A stretch of DNA of 64,000 bases from Gaiellaceae bacterium. GTDB lineage: Bacteria; Actinomycetota; Thermoleophilia; Gaiellales; Gaiellaceae. The notes below the pieces were generated by a model. That model was not told the DNA's origin. It saw only the letters and a program-made list of their open reading frames with translations, and made no database searches. The stretch spans positions 2,133 to 66,132 of the forward strand of contig DATCYP010000095.1 of NCBI GenBank assembly GCA_036526375.1, in the 5' to 3' direction. Made by a program: the position numbers and the translations under genes. Shown piece after piece: positions 10,275 to 19,329 of this stretch; the stretch's first letter is position 1; the number at the start of each line of letters is the position of its first letter.

Positions 10275-11519
10275 ATGTCCAAGCGCGCGTTCTCCTTCAC
10301 GTCCGAGTCGGTCACCGAGGGCCATCCCGACAAGATGGCCGACCAGCTCTCCGACTCGGTGCTCGATGCCGTCCTGGCCGACGACCCAGAGGGGCGCGTC
10401 GCCTGCGAGACGCTGATCACGACCGGACTCGTCGTCGTCGCCGGCGAGATCACGACCGATACGTACGTGGACATCCCGCGCCTCGTCCGCGAGAAGATCC
10501 GCGAGATCGGGTACACGCGCGCGAAGTTCGGCTTCGACGCCGAGACGTGCGGTGTCGTCGTCGCGATCGACGAGCAGTCGCCCGACATCGCGCAGGGGGT
10601 CGACCGCTCCTACGAGCAGCAGCACGGCGACAGCGACCCACTCGACCGCGAAGGTGCGGGCGACCAGGGGATGATGTTCGGCTACGCGTCGAACGAGACG
10701 GACGAGCTGATGCCGCTGCCGATCATGCTGGCGCACCGGCTGGCGCGGCGGCTCGCAGAGGTGCGGAAGGCCGACGTGCTCCCGTACCTGCGCCCCGACG
10801 GGAAGACGCAGGTCACCGTCCGCTACGAGATCGACGAGCACGGCCGCCACCGGCCCGTGGAGATCGAGCGCGTGCTCATCTCGACGCAGCACCGCGACGG
10901 GCTCGATCCTGAGACGCTGCTCAAGCCCGACCTGATCGAGCACGTGATCGAGCCGATCCTGCCCAGGGATCTCTACGACCAGCGGCGGCTCGAGCACGAC
11001 CGCGACTTCGTCTACTGCAATCCGACCGGCAAGTTCGTGATCGGCGGGCCGATGGGGGACACCGGCCTGACGGGGCGGTAGATCATCGTCGACACGTACG
11101 GCGGCGCGGCTCCGCACGGCGGCGGTGCGTTCTCGGGCAAGGACCCGACGAAGGTCGACCGCTCGGCGGCCTACGCGGCGCGCTGGGTGGCGAAGAACGT
11201 CGTCGCGGCGGGCCTCGCCGAGCGCTGCCAGATCCAGGTCGCGTACGCGATCGGGGTGGCGCATCCGCTCTCGGTGCTCGTCGAGACGTTCGGAACCGAG
11301 GCGATCCCCGTGCCGCGGATCGAGGAGCTCGTCGGCGAGCACTTCGACCTGCGCCCGGCCGCGATCCTCCGCGACCTCGAGCTGCGCCGGCCGATCTACG
11401 CGAAGACCGCCGCCTACGGCCACTTCGGCCGCGAGGACGGCGACTTCACCTGGGAGCGGACCGACCGCGCCGAGGCGCTGCGCGCGGCGGCGGGGCTCGC
11501 CGAGCCTACGACGGTCTGA
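10275..11519 (+). pseudogene. metK: S-adenosylmethionine synthase interrupted by an in-frame TAG at 11079-11081
   Basis: One frame encodes a full MetK ([58 protein letters not shown]). The TAG sits where the invariant Lys belongs. Confidence 0.9.
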
Positions 11520-12195
11520 CGAACAGCCCGGCGGCGGCCTTCTCCGAGATCGCCCGCTCGCCGACCTTCTCGATCGCGACCGTGAACTGATCCGCGGCCG
11601 GCTCGGCCGCGCGCACGAGGATGCTCGTGCCCGGCACGAGACCCTGGTCGTAGAACCAGTGCAGGAGGTCGCCGTCGTGCTCCGCGAGGCGGACGATCGT
11701 GGCCCGCGTTCCGGCCGACAGCGTGGCGAGCGGCGCCAGCTCGGCATTCTCCGCCTGCTCCACCGCCGGATCGACGGGCCAGCCGTGCGGGCAGCGCTGC
11801 GGATGGCCCAGCTTGTCGTCGATCCGCTCGATCATCTCGTCGCTGAAGGTGTCGCCGAGCTCGTCGGCCCGTTCGTGGGACTCGTACCCGGTGTAGCCCA
11901 TGAAGTCGGTCAGGAGCCGCTCGATGATCCGGTGCTTGCGGACGACGCGCTCGGCGCGCTCGCGGCCCGTCTCGGTGAGGAGCGCCTCCTTCTTCTTGCC
12001 GCGCTCGATCAGCCCCTCCGCCTCGAGCCGCTTCAGCATCTCGCCGGCGGACGCGCGCGAGACGTGGAGCATCTCGGCCACGCGCGAGGCGAGGGGAGGG
12101 GAACCGGCGCCGTGCGGCGTGTACTCGCCGATCGGGAAGGCGAGGAAGTAGATCGTCTCGAGGTACTCGTCCACTGAGTGGCCGGCGGCAGGCAC
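11506..12195 (-). CDS. DtxR/MntR/IdeR-family metal-dependent transcriptional regulator with C-terminal FeoA/SH3-like domain
   Basis: 229 aa. [32 protein letters not shown] (HTH) and [10 protein letters not shown] motifs. GTG 12195; GTG 12174 is an alternative start. Confidence 0.85.
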   Translation of the reverse strand: MPAAGHSVDEYLETIYFLAFPIGEYTPHGAGSPPLASRVAEMLHVSRASAGEMLKRLEAEGLIERGKKKEALLTETGRERAERVVRKHRIIERLLTDFMGYTGYESHERADELGDTFSDEMIERIDDKLGHPQRCPHGWPVDPAVEQAENAELAPLATLSAGTRATIVRLAEHDGDLLHWFYDQGLVPGTSILVRAAEPAADQFTVAIEKVGERAISEKAAAGLFVRPS

Positions 12196-12200
12196 GCAGC

Positions 12201-12206
12201 TATATT
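12201..12206 (+). promoter_or_regulatory. -10-like box (TATATT) for ZIP transporter; complement CAATAT may serve the regulator gene
   Basis: Only AT-rich hexamer in the 64-bp divergent spacer. Upstream of the palindrome and ATG 12260, and 6 nt from GTG 12195 on the other strand. Confidence 0.35.
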
Positions 12207-12221
12207 GCCCGCGAGCCTGCG

Positions 12222-12239
12222 TGTAAGGGCACCCTTACA
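12222..12239. promoter_or_regulatory. candidate metalloregulator operator: perfect inverted repeat TGTAAGGG-CA-CCCTTACA
   Basis: 8-2-8 perfect palindrome between the DtxR-family gene and the ZIP transporter gene. Confidence 0.55.
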
Positions 12240-12259
12240 AGGGCAGGCACCGACTGCTC

Positions 12260-13102
12260 ATGACGACGGCACACATCCTTCTGCTGGGGGCGATCGCGGG
12301 CGCGACGATCTTCCTCGGCCTGCCCGTGGCCCGCGTGAACACCGTCGCGCCGATCGTGCGCGCGTGCCTCTCGGCGCTCGCGACCGGGATCCTCCTCTTC
12401 CTCTTCTGGGACGTGCTCACCGGCGCGGTCGACCCGATCGACTCGGCGCTCCAGGCGCGGCACTGGGGGAGGTTCGCGTGGCTCTCGGGCGTCGGCGCGG
12501 CCGGCTTCGCCCTCGGCCTGATGGGGCTCGTCCACTACGCGGTCTGGATGCGTCGCCGCGCGAGTCGGCGGGTGACGACGATGGTCGGTCCGGGCGCCGC
12601 CGCGGTTGACGAGTTCACCCACCGCACGTGGCTCGACGATCTCACGCCGGGCAAGCAGCTTGCGCTTCTGATCGCGATCGGGATCGGCGTGCACAACTTC
12701 GGCGAGGGGCTGGCGATCGGCCAGGCGGCCGCGGCGGGCTCGATCAGCCTCGCGGTGACGCTGATCGTCGGCTTCGGGCTGCACAACGCGACCGAGGGAT
12801 TCGGCATCTGCGGTCCGCTGGCCGGGGAGGGGACGCGCCCGAGCTGGGGATTCCTCGGCGCCATGGGCCTGATCGGCGGCGGCCCCACGTTCCTCGGGAC
12901 GGTGCTCGGGCAGGCGTGGTCGAGCGAGGCGATGTCGGTCGTGTTCTTCGCGGTCGCCGCCGGCTCGATCCTCTACGTCGTGCAGGAGCTGATGGCGGTC
13001 AACCGCAGCTACGGCCGCACTGCGCTCGTCACCTGGCTCGTCGTCGCCGGCGTCCTGCTCGGCTTCGCGACCGACTTCGTGGTCAGCGCGGCCGGCGTCT
13101 AG
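12260..13102 (+). CDS. ZIP family metal (Zn/Fe/Mn) transporter
   Basis: 280 aa multi-pass membrane protein with HNFGEGLAIG and GLHNATEGFG motifs. Confidence 0.85.
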   Translation: MTTAHILLLGAIAGATIFLGLPVARVNTVAPIVRACLSALATGILLFLFWDVLTGAVDPIDSALQARHWGRFAWLSGVGAAGFALGLMGLVHYAVWMRRRASRRVTTMVGPGAAAVDEFTHRTWLDDLTPGKQLALLIAIGIGVHNFGEGLAIGQAAAAGSISLAVTLIVGFGLHNATEGFGICGPLAGEGTRPSWGFLGAMGLIGGGPTFLGTVLGQAWSSEAMSVVFFAVAAGSILYVVQELMAVNRSYGRTALVTWLVVAGVLLGFATDFVVSAAGV

Positions 13103-14421
13103 CGCGCCGGCAGCCTGGCGGTCGCGAACCAGATCTCCGAGGCGGCTCGCCCCTTGATCGCGCTGCCCCAGCTCAGGAGCGCCGTGCCTCCCCTCGTCGA
13201 GAGGCCGAACGTGTCGCCCGGCCAGATCCTCGGCTTTCCGTAGGCCGGCGAGACCTTCGTCGCCGGAGCGGTCCAGCCGCGGCCGAGCGAGTAACGGCGC
13301 AGGAAGGTCGCGTACCCCTTGCCGCGCACGACGGTCTGCCAGCCGACGTAGACGTTGCGACGGCCCGCGGGGGCGACCTGGGTGAGGTGCTCCGTCCGGC
13401 TCGAGGCGACCCGCAGCGGCGCCGACCACTGCCTGCCGCCGTTCGTCGACCAGGCGAGCCACCCGGTGTCGCGTCCCTGGCTCTGCGTGTCCCAGGCCGC
13501 GTAGAGGATCCCGGCCCGGTCGACGGCCAGCGAGCCGTCGATCCACCATTCCTTCAGCCCGATCGTGCCGGCCTGCGGCCCCACCAGCACCGGGTGCGAC
13601 CAGGTGGCGCCGCCGTCGGTCGAGCGGATGAAGTACTCGTGCCCCGGCGAGACGGCGAGGGTCTTCGGATCGGTCGGGTGCTGCCAGTAGAGGACGTCGA
13701 GCGCCCCGTTCCGCTCCGCGACGACGGGAGCGCTGTAGACGCCGCCGAGGGGGAAGCCGGGGCTGATCGGGGAGGGCTTCGTCCAGGTCTTGCCACCGTC
13801 GACCGACTTCTGGAGCACTGCGTTGAAGTCGCCTGCGGTGAAGTAGCAGCTGCTCGTGGGAGGACAGACGATCCTCACGTCGGCTCTGCGCGGCCCGTAG
13901 TCCCACGTCACGTACAGCGTTCCGTTCGGCCCGGCGGCGATGAACGGGCGGTCGCCCCAGTTCCCCACCGCCTGCTTCGCGTCCGGTACCGGCAGCCGCG
14001 TGACGCGGCCGAACGACCGACCGTGGTCGTGTGAGACGGCGACGGCGGGCCTCATGGGCGCCGAGCCGTTCTGCGTGCCCTCGGCCGGGCCGAGCATGTA
14101 CGACACGTAGACGGTTCCGTTCCGCGCCACCGCGATCGCCGGATCCCAGGTGTGCAAGCCCTTCTGGTGCGATCCGCGGACGGCCCTCGACGGCCCGAAG
14201 GTCCTGCCGCCGTCGCCGGACCGGGCGAAGCCGATCCCGCGGTTGCAGCCGATCCAGACCTCGTAGACGAAGCGCCCGTCGACCGCCTGCACCACCTCGG
14301 CGTTCGGCGGGGAGCAGTGACTCACCCGGAGCGCCTTCGCGCGGGCGGACGCGTCCGCTCCGTCGGCGAACGGCAGGAGGAGCGCCGCAGCCAGGCCGGC
14401 GGTCAGGGCGAGACGGCTCAT
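13099..14421 (-). CDS. secreted BNR/Asp-box repeat (sialidase-fold) protein
   Basis: Five SxDxGxTW-like boxes (SGDGGRTF, SHDHGRSF, SVDGGKTW, STDGGATW, STNGGRQW). Signal peptide from ATG 14421; ATG 14463 is an alternative start. Confidence 0.75.
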   Translation of the reverse strand: MSRLALTAGLAAALLLPFADGADASARAKALRVSHCSPPNAEVVQAVDGRFVYEVWIGCNRGIGFARSGDGGRTFGPSRAVRGSHQKGLHTWDPAIAVARNGTVYVSYMLGPAEGTQNGSAPMRPAVAVSHDHGRSFGRVTRLPVPDAKQAVGNWGDRPFIAAGPNGTLYVTWDYGPRRADVRIVCPPTSSCYFTAGDFNAVLQKSVDGGKTWTKPSPISPGFPLGGVYSAPVVAERNGALDVLYWQHPTDPKTLAVSPGHEYFIRSTDGGATWSHPVLVGPQAGTIGLKEWWIDGSLAVDRAGILYAAWDTQSQGRDTGWLAWSTNGGRQWSAPLRVASSRTEHLTQVAPAGRRNVYVGWQTVVRGKGYATFLRRYSLGRGWTAPATKVSPAYGKPRIWPGDTFGLSTRGGTALLSWGSAIKGRAASEIWFATARLPAR

Positions 14422-14477
14422 GGCAGTTGAGACGTGCGCCGGCCGATTTCGGACGTGGCGCATGCGAGCATGGGCGA

Positions 14478-14789
14478 ATGAGGCTCGAGGACATCAGCCG
14501 CCTCGCCGGCCAGCTCGAAGGCGTCTCCGAGCGTCGCCGCGACGGCCTGCTCGACTGGCGGTATCACGGACGGTTGGTGGCCCGGCAGCTCGACGACACC
14601 CACGTCGTGATCCGTGCGACCTTCGACTTCCGGGACTTCCTGCTCCACTCGTTCCCCGAGACGTTCTCGGTGCCGGAGCGCTTCGCGAGGCACATGATGG
14701 TCGTCGCCGACCTCGAGCACGGAAACGCAGATGCGGTCGAGGACGCGGTCATCGGCGCCTGGGAGCTGCAGTCCGGAAGACCGAGCTAG
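14478..14789 (+). CDS. hypothetical protein (MmcQ/YjbR-like, tentative)
   Basis: 103-aa ORF from the ATG inside ORF 14031..14789. High GC3. Family assignment is weak. Confidence 0.45.
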   Translation: MRLEDISRLAGQLEGVSERRRDGLLDWRYHGRLVARQLDDTHVVIRATFDFRDFLLHSFPETFSVPERFARHMMVVADLEHGNADAVEDAVIGAWELQSGRPS

Positions 14790-15334
14790 GCGGCCCATTC
14801 GCGGTCGAGCATCGCGTAGACGAGCTCGCTCTGCCACTCGCCCTTCGCCCATTCGTTCTCGACGTGATGCGCCTCGAGGCGCATGCCGAGCTTCTCGAGC
14901 ACGCGCGCCGACGCGGTGTTGCGGGCCTCGGTTCTGCCGATCACCCGGTGGAAACCGGAGGTGAACGCCCAGTCGAGCAAGGCGCGCGCTGCCTCGGTGG
15001 CGAACCCCTGGCCCTGGTGGCGCGGGTCGAGGATGAAGCCGACCTCCGCCGTCTTGTCACGCTCGCTGACCCAGTGGAACGCCAGGTCTCCGACCGTCGT
15101 CCCTGACGCGCGCTCGACGATCGCCGCGCTGAGCCAGTCGCCTTCACTCGTCCAGGCGGTGAGGGCCATCCGTCTCGTGAGGAGGTCCCGAGTCTCGTCC
15201 TCGGACAGCACCTCGCCGTAGAGCCAGCGAACGACCTCCGGGTCCGATCGCATCGCGTGTACCGCCTCGAGGTCGCCCTCGACGTAGGGGCGCAAGGTCA
15301 GGCGGGCCGTCTCGAGGGGCCAGTCGGGCGACAC
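14786..15334 (-). CDS. GNAT family N-acetyltransferase (RimJ/RimL-like)
   Basis: 182 aa. LTLRPY..., HQGQGFATEA, RNTASARVLEKLGM motifs. Confidence 0.85.
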   Translation of the reverse strand: MSPDWPLETARLTLRPYVEGDLEAVHAMRSDPEVVRWLYGEVLSEDETRDLLTRRMALTAWTSEGDWLSAAIVERASGTTVGDLAFHWVSERDKTAEVGFILDPRHQGQGFATEAARALLDWAFTSGFHRVIGRTEARNTASARVLEKLGMRLEAHHVENEWAKGEWQSELVYAMLDREWAA

Positions 15335-15340
15335 ACCCGG

Positions 15341-15346
15341 ACGCTA
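15341..15346 (-). promoter_or_regulatory. -10-like TANNNT box (TAGCGT) for GNAT gene
   Basis: Minus-strand TAGCGT lies 6 nt before GTG 15334. Confidence 0.4.
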
Positions 15347-15384
15347 CCCCGTTCGGGCGCCCGAGCTCTGACCAGCGGCGCGGC

Positions 15385-15390
15385 TACGCT
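15385..15390 (+). promoter_or_regulatory. -10-like TANNNT box (TACGCT) for priA
   Basis: TACGCT lies 8 nt before GTG 15399. Confidence 0.4.
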
Positions 15391-15398
15391 CGCTGCCC

Positions 15399-17324
15399 GT
15401 GTCCCGCCTCGCGTCCGTGTATCCGATCGTCAGCGCTCGTTCGCTCGCACGGCCGTTCACGTACGAGATCGGGGACGAGGTGGGGAAGGGCGCGGTGCTC
15501 GCGATCCCCTTCGGCAACGCGCGGCGACGCGGGGTCGTCGTGGACGCCGACGCGGAGCTGCCGCCGGATGTCGAGCCCGTCGCGGCCGAGCGAGTGCTCG
15601 AGACGCTGCCCGCGGCGCTCGTCGATCTCGCGCTCTGGCTCGCCGACTACTACGGCTCGACGCCGGCCCGCGCGCTCGCCCTCATCGCGCCGCAGCAGCG
15701 GAAGCGGCGCGGCGAGCGCCGCGAGGTGGCCGCGACCTCGGCGCTGGCCGCCGAGCCCGCGCCGGCGCGCCTCTCCGATTCGCAGGAGCGCGCGTTGCAG
15801 CGGATCGAGAGCCTGCTCGCGAGCGGGGGCGGCAACGTCCTGCTCGCCGGAGCGACCGGCAGCGGCAAGACCGAGGTCTACATCCGCGCCTGCGAGGCCG
15901 CCCTCGCCGCCGGGCGAGGCGCGATCGTCCTCGTGCCCGAGATCGCGCTCACGCCGCAGACGCTCGGCCGTTTCCGGGCGCGCTTCGGCGACCGTGTCGC
16001 CGTTCTCCACTCCGGCCTCTCGGAGGCCGAGCGGCGGGACGAGCGGGAGCGGATCGTGTCCGGCGAGGCGCCCGTCGTCGTCGGCGCCCGCTCGGCGGTG
16101 TTTGCGCCGCTCCCCTCGCTCGGTGTGATCTGCGTGGACGAGGAGCACGACGCCTCGTACAAGCAGGAGTCCGATCCCCGCTACGACGCCCGCACTGTCG
16201 CCGCGAAGCGCGCCGCTCTCGAAGGAGCGGTCGCGATCTTCGGCTCGGCCACGCCGCGGCCGGAGTCGTGGCACGCCCTCGAGCGGCTCGAGCTCGGCGG
16301 CCGGATTGCGGCGCCGCTGCCGACGGTTCGGGTAGTCGACCTGCGGCACGAGACCGGCTACCCGCTGTCCGCGCCGCTGCTCGCCGAGCTGGGCCGGCTC
16401 GCGGAGGGCGGCGGGAAGGCGATCCTCCTCCTCAACCGCCGCGGCGTCGCGCCCGCCCTCCACTGCCGCGCCTGCGGAGCCACCCGCCGCTGCCCGAACT
16501 GCGACATCGCGTTCACGCTGCATGGGGACCACTCGCTCCGCTGCCACCACTGCGGCTCCCGCGAGCCGGCCGGGGAGACGTGCCCGACGTGCGGCTCGGC
16601 CGGGCTCGCACGGATCGGAGCGGGGACGCAGCGGCTCGAGCGCGAGCTCGAACGTCACGTCCCCGAGCTGGAGCGGATCCGGCTGGACGCCGACGCGATC
16701 GCGAGGCCCGAGCAGCTGCGGGAGGCGCTCGAGCGGTTCGCGCGCGCCGGGCGCGCGGTCCTCGTCGGGACGCAGATGGTCGCGAAGGGCCATCACTTCG
16801 CCGGGGTCGAGCTCGCCGCGGTCGTCGACGCGGACACGGGGCTCGGCCTGCCCGACTTCCGCGCCGAGGAGCGGACGTTCCAGCTGCTCACCCAGCTCGC
16901 GGGTCGGAGCGGCCGCGACGCGCCTGGACGCGTCCTCGTGCAGACCTTCCAGCCGGAGTCGCGTGCCGTCGAGCAGGCCGCGCGCCACGACGTCGCCGGC
17001 TTCCTCGCGAGCGAGCTCGAGCGCCGCCGGGCGCTCGGCTATCCGCCGTTCCGCCACCTCGTGCGCGTCCTCGTCTCCGGTCCGGAGCTCGCCGACGCGA
17101 CGCGCGCGCTCGAGGAGCTGAAGGCGGGCCTCGCCGAGTTCGAGCTCCTCGGTCCGGCGCCGCTGCTGCGCCTGCGAGGACGCCACCGCGCCCAGCTCGT
17201 GGGCAAGACCGACCGCCCGCGAGCGCTCGCGTCGCGCGCCGCGATGCTGCTCGCGGCGGCCGCGTCCCCGATGCGCCGCGCGGGCCTCGCGGCCGTCGTC
17301 GACGTCGATCCCCAGAGCCTCTAG
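15399..17324 (+). CDS. priA: primosomal protein N' (replication restart helicase PriA)
   Basis: 641 aa. GATGSGKTEVY, DEEHD, Cys-rich Zn region CRACG...CPNC...CHHCG...CPTCG, helicase C motifs. Confidence 0.9.
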   Translation: MSRLASVYPIVSARSLARPFTYEIGDEVGKGAVLAIPFGNARRRGVVVDADAELPPDVEPVAAERVLETLPAALVDLALWLADYYGSTPARALALIAPQQRKRRGERREVAATSALAAEPAPARLSDSQERALQRIESLLASGGGNVLLAGATGSGKTEVYIRACEAALAAGRGAIVLVPEIALTPQTLGRFRARFGDRVAVLHSGLSEAERRDERERIVSGEAPVVVGARSAVFAPLPSLGVICVDEEHDASYKQESDPRYDARTVAAKRAALEGAVAIFGSATPRPESWHALERLELGGRIAAPLPTVRVVDLRHETGYPLSAPLLAELGRLAEGGGKAILLLNRRGVAPALHCRACGATRRCPNCDIAFTLHGDHSLRCHHCGSREPAGETCPTCGSAGLARIGAGTQRLERELERHVPELERIRLDADAIARPEQLREALERFARAGRAVLVGTQMVAKGHHFAGVELAAVVDADTGLGLPDFRAEERTFQLLTQLAGRSGRDAPGRVLVQTFQPESRAVEQAARHDVAGFLASELERRRALGYPPFRHLVRVLVSGPELADATRALEELKAGLAEFELLGPAPLLRLRGRHRAQLVGKTDRPRALASRAAMLLAAAASPMRRAGLAAVVDVDPQSL

Positions 17325-17327
17325 GCT
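17322..17327 (+). promoter_or_regulatory. -10-like TANNNT box (TAGGCT) built on the priA stop codon
   Basis: The priA TAG plus GCT lies 7 nt before ATG 17335. Confidence 0.35.
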
Positions 17328-17334
17328 CAGGGCG

Positions 17335-17715
17335 ATGGAGGAGAGAACTCGCACCGGCGGCTGCCTGTGCGGCGCCGTCCGCTACACGGTTCGCGGCGAG
17401 CCTTTCCACGTCGGGCGCTGCCACTGCGCCGACTGCCGGAAGAGGACGGGCAGCACGTACACGATCTACGGGCAGTGGCCGCTCCAGGCGTTCGAGTCGA
17501 CCGGGCACTACGCCACCTACGACGGAGACAGCTTCTGCCCGCGTTGCGGCTCGCGGCTGTTCATCGTCGCCGAGGAGGTCGTCGAGCTCCAGCTCGGCTC
17601 CCTCGACGAGGCGCCGTTCGAGCTACGGCCGGAGGCGGAGATCTGGATCAAGCGCCGCGAGCCGTGGATGCCGCCGGTGGACGGCGCCTCCCAGCACCGG
17701 GAGAACCGGGGCTAG
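17335..17715 (+). CDS. GFA (glutathione-dependent formaldehyde-activating/CENP-V) family protein
   Basis: GGCLCGAVRY...CHCADCRK...FCPRCGS Cys pattern; 126 aa. Confidence 0.8.
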   Translation: MEERTRTGGCLCGAVRYTVRGEPFHVGRCHCADCRKRTGSTYTIYGQWPLQAFESTGHYATYDGDSFCPRCGSRLFIVAEEVVELQLGSLDEAPFELRPEAEIWIKRREPWMPPVDGASQHRENRG

Positions 17716-17716
17716 C

Positions 17717-18214
17717 TCAGTCGTCGGCTATTCGCTGGAAGAGGAGGAAGTCCCGCCACTCGTCGTTGATGCGCAGGAAGCGCCGCGCGAGCCCTATCCG
17801 CTCGAAGCCGTTCTTCTCGAGGACGCGCTGCGACGGGACGTTGTCCACGAGCGTCGCCGCCTCGACGCGGTGCAGGTCGAGGTCGTCGAACGCGAACGCG
17901 ACGATCTCTCCGACGGCGCCGGTCGCGAGCCCACGACCGTTTCGGCGGTGGTCGACGAAGTAGCCGATCGTGCCGCTCTGGAGCGACTCGCGCCTGATGT
18001 GGAAGAGGTTGATCGTGCCGGCGATCGCGCCGTCGTCGAGGATCGCGAACGGGTGCGTCTCGTCGTCGAGCTGTCGTTGGAGCCGCTCGCGCTGGCCGTC
18101 GGCGGTGAAGAACTCAGGTGGCCGGACCGGCTCGAACGGCGCGAGGAAGTCGCGGTTCGCCAGGTAGAGAGCCGCGAGCTCCTCGCCGTCCTCCGGCCGC
18201 ACGGGCCGGATCAC
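17717..18214 (-). CDS. GNAT family N-acetyltransferase (RimJ-like)
   Basis: 165 aa. IRPVRPEDGEEL..., GRGLATGAV, NVPSQRVLEKNGF motifs. Confidence 0.85.
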   Translation of the reverse strand: MIRPVRPEDGEELAALYLANRDFLAPFEPVRPPEFFTADGQRERLQRQLDDETHPFAILDDGAIAGTINLFHIRRESLQSGTIGYFVDHRRNGRGLATGAVGEIVAFAFDDLDLHRVEAATLVDNVPSQRVLEKNGFERIGLARRFLRINDEWRDFLLFQRIADD

Positions 18215-18738
18215 CTCAGAGCAGCCCGGCGATCGGCAGGGAAGCGGTCGAGAATCCAGCGCGCGTCGAGCGGCACGCGCAGGTACGACCGGCCGTTGAT
18301 GCGGACGAAGTCACGCGTGCGCGGATCCATCGCCAGCCGCGCCTCGGCCGGGAAGTTCCGGTTGTGGCGCTCGATCAGCTCGTTCACCTCGGCGAAGCTC
18401 CAGTTGCCCGCGAGCTCCTGCCAGGCGGCCGCGAACCGCGCGGGGTCCTCGAGCTCCCCGGCGAGCGACCGCCAGGCCGCTTCTAGCTGGCGCTCGTGCT
18501 GCCCGACGGCGTCCTCGATCGCACGCAGCCGACGCATCCAGACCGTCGGTCCGCCGAGTGCCCGCACCCCCGACTCGGGGTCCGGGCGGAAGTTCCGCAG
18601 CCGTTGCCGCAGCGGCGTTCCGCGCACGGGGCTCGTCGCGAGATCGGCCTCGAGTACCTCGCGCTCGTGCCGCTCCCGCGGCGTCTCGGGCCGCGTCGCG
18701 CCCTGGCCCATGATCTCCTTGAGCGTCCTGGGATCCAC
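18211..18738 (-). CDS. hypothetical protein, 4-nt overlap with downstream GNAT
   Basis: C-terminal part of ORF 18211..19989. GTG 18738 is preferred because a TACCCT box lies 7 nt upstream; ATG 18711 is an alternative. No family recognised. Confidence 0.55.
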   Translation of the reverse strand: MDPRTLKEIMGQGATRPETPRERHEREVLEADLATSPVRGTPLRQRLRNFRPDPESGVRALGGPTVWMRRLRAIEDAVGQHERQLEAAWRSLAGELEDPARFAAAWQELAGNWSFAEVNELIERHNRNFPAEARLAMDPRTRDFVRINGRSYLRVPLDARWILDRFPADRRAALR

Positions 18739-18745
18739 CGCTGCG

Positions 18746-18751
18746 AGGGTA
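18746..18751 (-). promoter_or_regulatory. -10-like TANNNT box (TACCCT) for hypothetical/GNAT operon
   Basis: Lies 7 nt before GTG 18738. Shares its TA (18750-18751) with the def box. Confidence 0.4.
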
Positions 18752-18755
18752 CAGT
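18750..18755 (+). promoter_or_regulatory. -10-like TANNNT box (TACAGT) for def
   Basis: Lies 8 nt before ATG 18764. Confidence 0.45.
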
Positions 18756-18763
18756 CCGAAGAA

Positions 18764-19327
18764 ATGGCAGAGATCGAGGGACAGATCAAGGAAGAGGAGC
18801 TCGATCCCGAGCGGGAGGCCCGACGACGCCTCGCGCTCGCGCAGATCCGCCAGTACCCGGACGCGGCGCTGAAGATGGTCGCCCGCCCCGTGGAGGATTT
18901 CGACGACGACCTGCGGCGGCTTGCCGACCGGATGAAGCAGCTCATGGTCGACGCCAACGGCATCGGGCTCGCCGCGACGCAGGTCGGCGTCCTGCAGCGG
19001 CTGTTCGTCTTCCATATCTCCGAGGACGAGACGGTCGCCCTTGCGAACCCGGAGATCGTGGCTCGCAGCGAGGAGACGGCCGTCGAGGACGAGGGCTGCC
19101 TCTCGATCCAGGGCGTGCTCCTTCCCGTCGAGCGGCCGACGACGATCGCGATCCAGGGCCGCGACGAGCAGGGCGCCGAGGTCCGGTACGAGCTCGAAGA
19201 GCCGTACTCGCGGGTCGCGCAGCACGAGACCGACCACCTCGACGGCGTGCTCATCCTCGATCGGACGACGCCCGAGGCGAAGCGCGAGGCGCTCGCGAGC
19301 CTGCGTCCGCGCCTCGTCATCGGCTGA
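18764..19327 (+). CDS. def: peptide deformylase
   Basis: GIGLAATQVG, EGCLS and HETDHLDG motifs; 187 aa. Confidence 0.95.
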   Translation: MAEIEGQIKEEELDPEREARRRLALAQIRQYPDAALKMVARPVEDFDDDLRRLADRMKQLMVDANGIGLAATQVGVLQRLFVFHISEDETVALANPEIVARSEETAVEDEGCLSIQGVLLPVERPTTIAIQGRDEQGAEVRYELEEPYSRVAQHETDHLDGVLILDRTTPEAKREALASLRPRLVIG

Positions 19328-19329
19328 GC

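Noticed and set aside
11079-11081. Reassignment of TAG (for example pyrrolysine) as the explanation for the metK codon
   Set aside because: TAG terminates at least a dozen clearly complete genes in this window (aroF, priA, ribH, rpmB, acpP, rnc, smc, rimM, rpsP, rnhB, dprA and others). No pyl genes are visible here. It remains only a remote possibility to check genome-wide.
17717-18738. GNAT toxin / antitoxin (TacT-TacA-like) module
   Set aside because: The upstream protein is about 175 aa with no RHH/DUF1778-like region. The GNAT has RimJ/RimL-type motifs rather than TacT-like ones.
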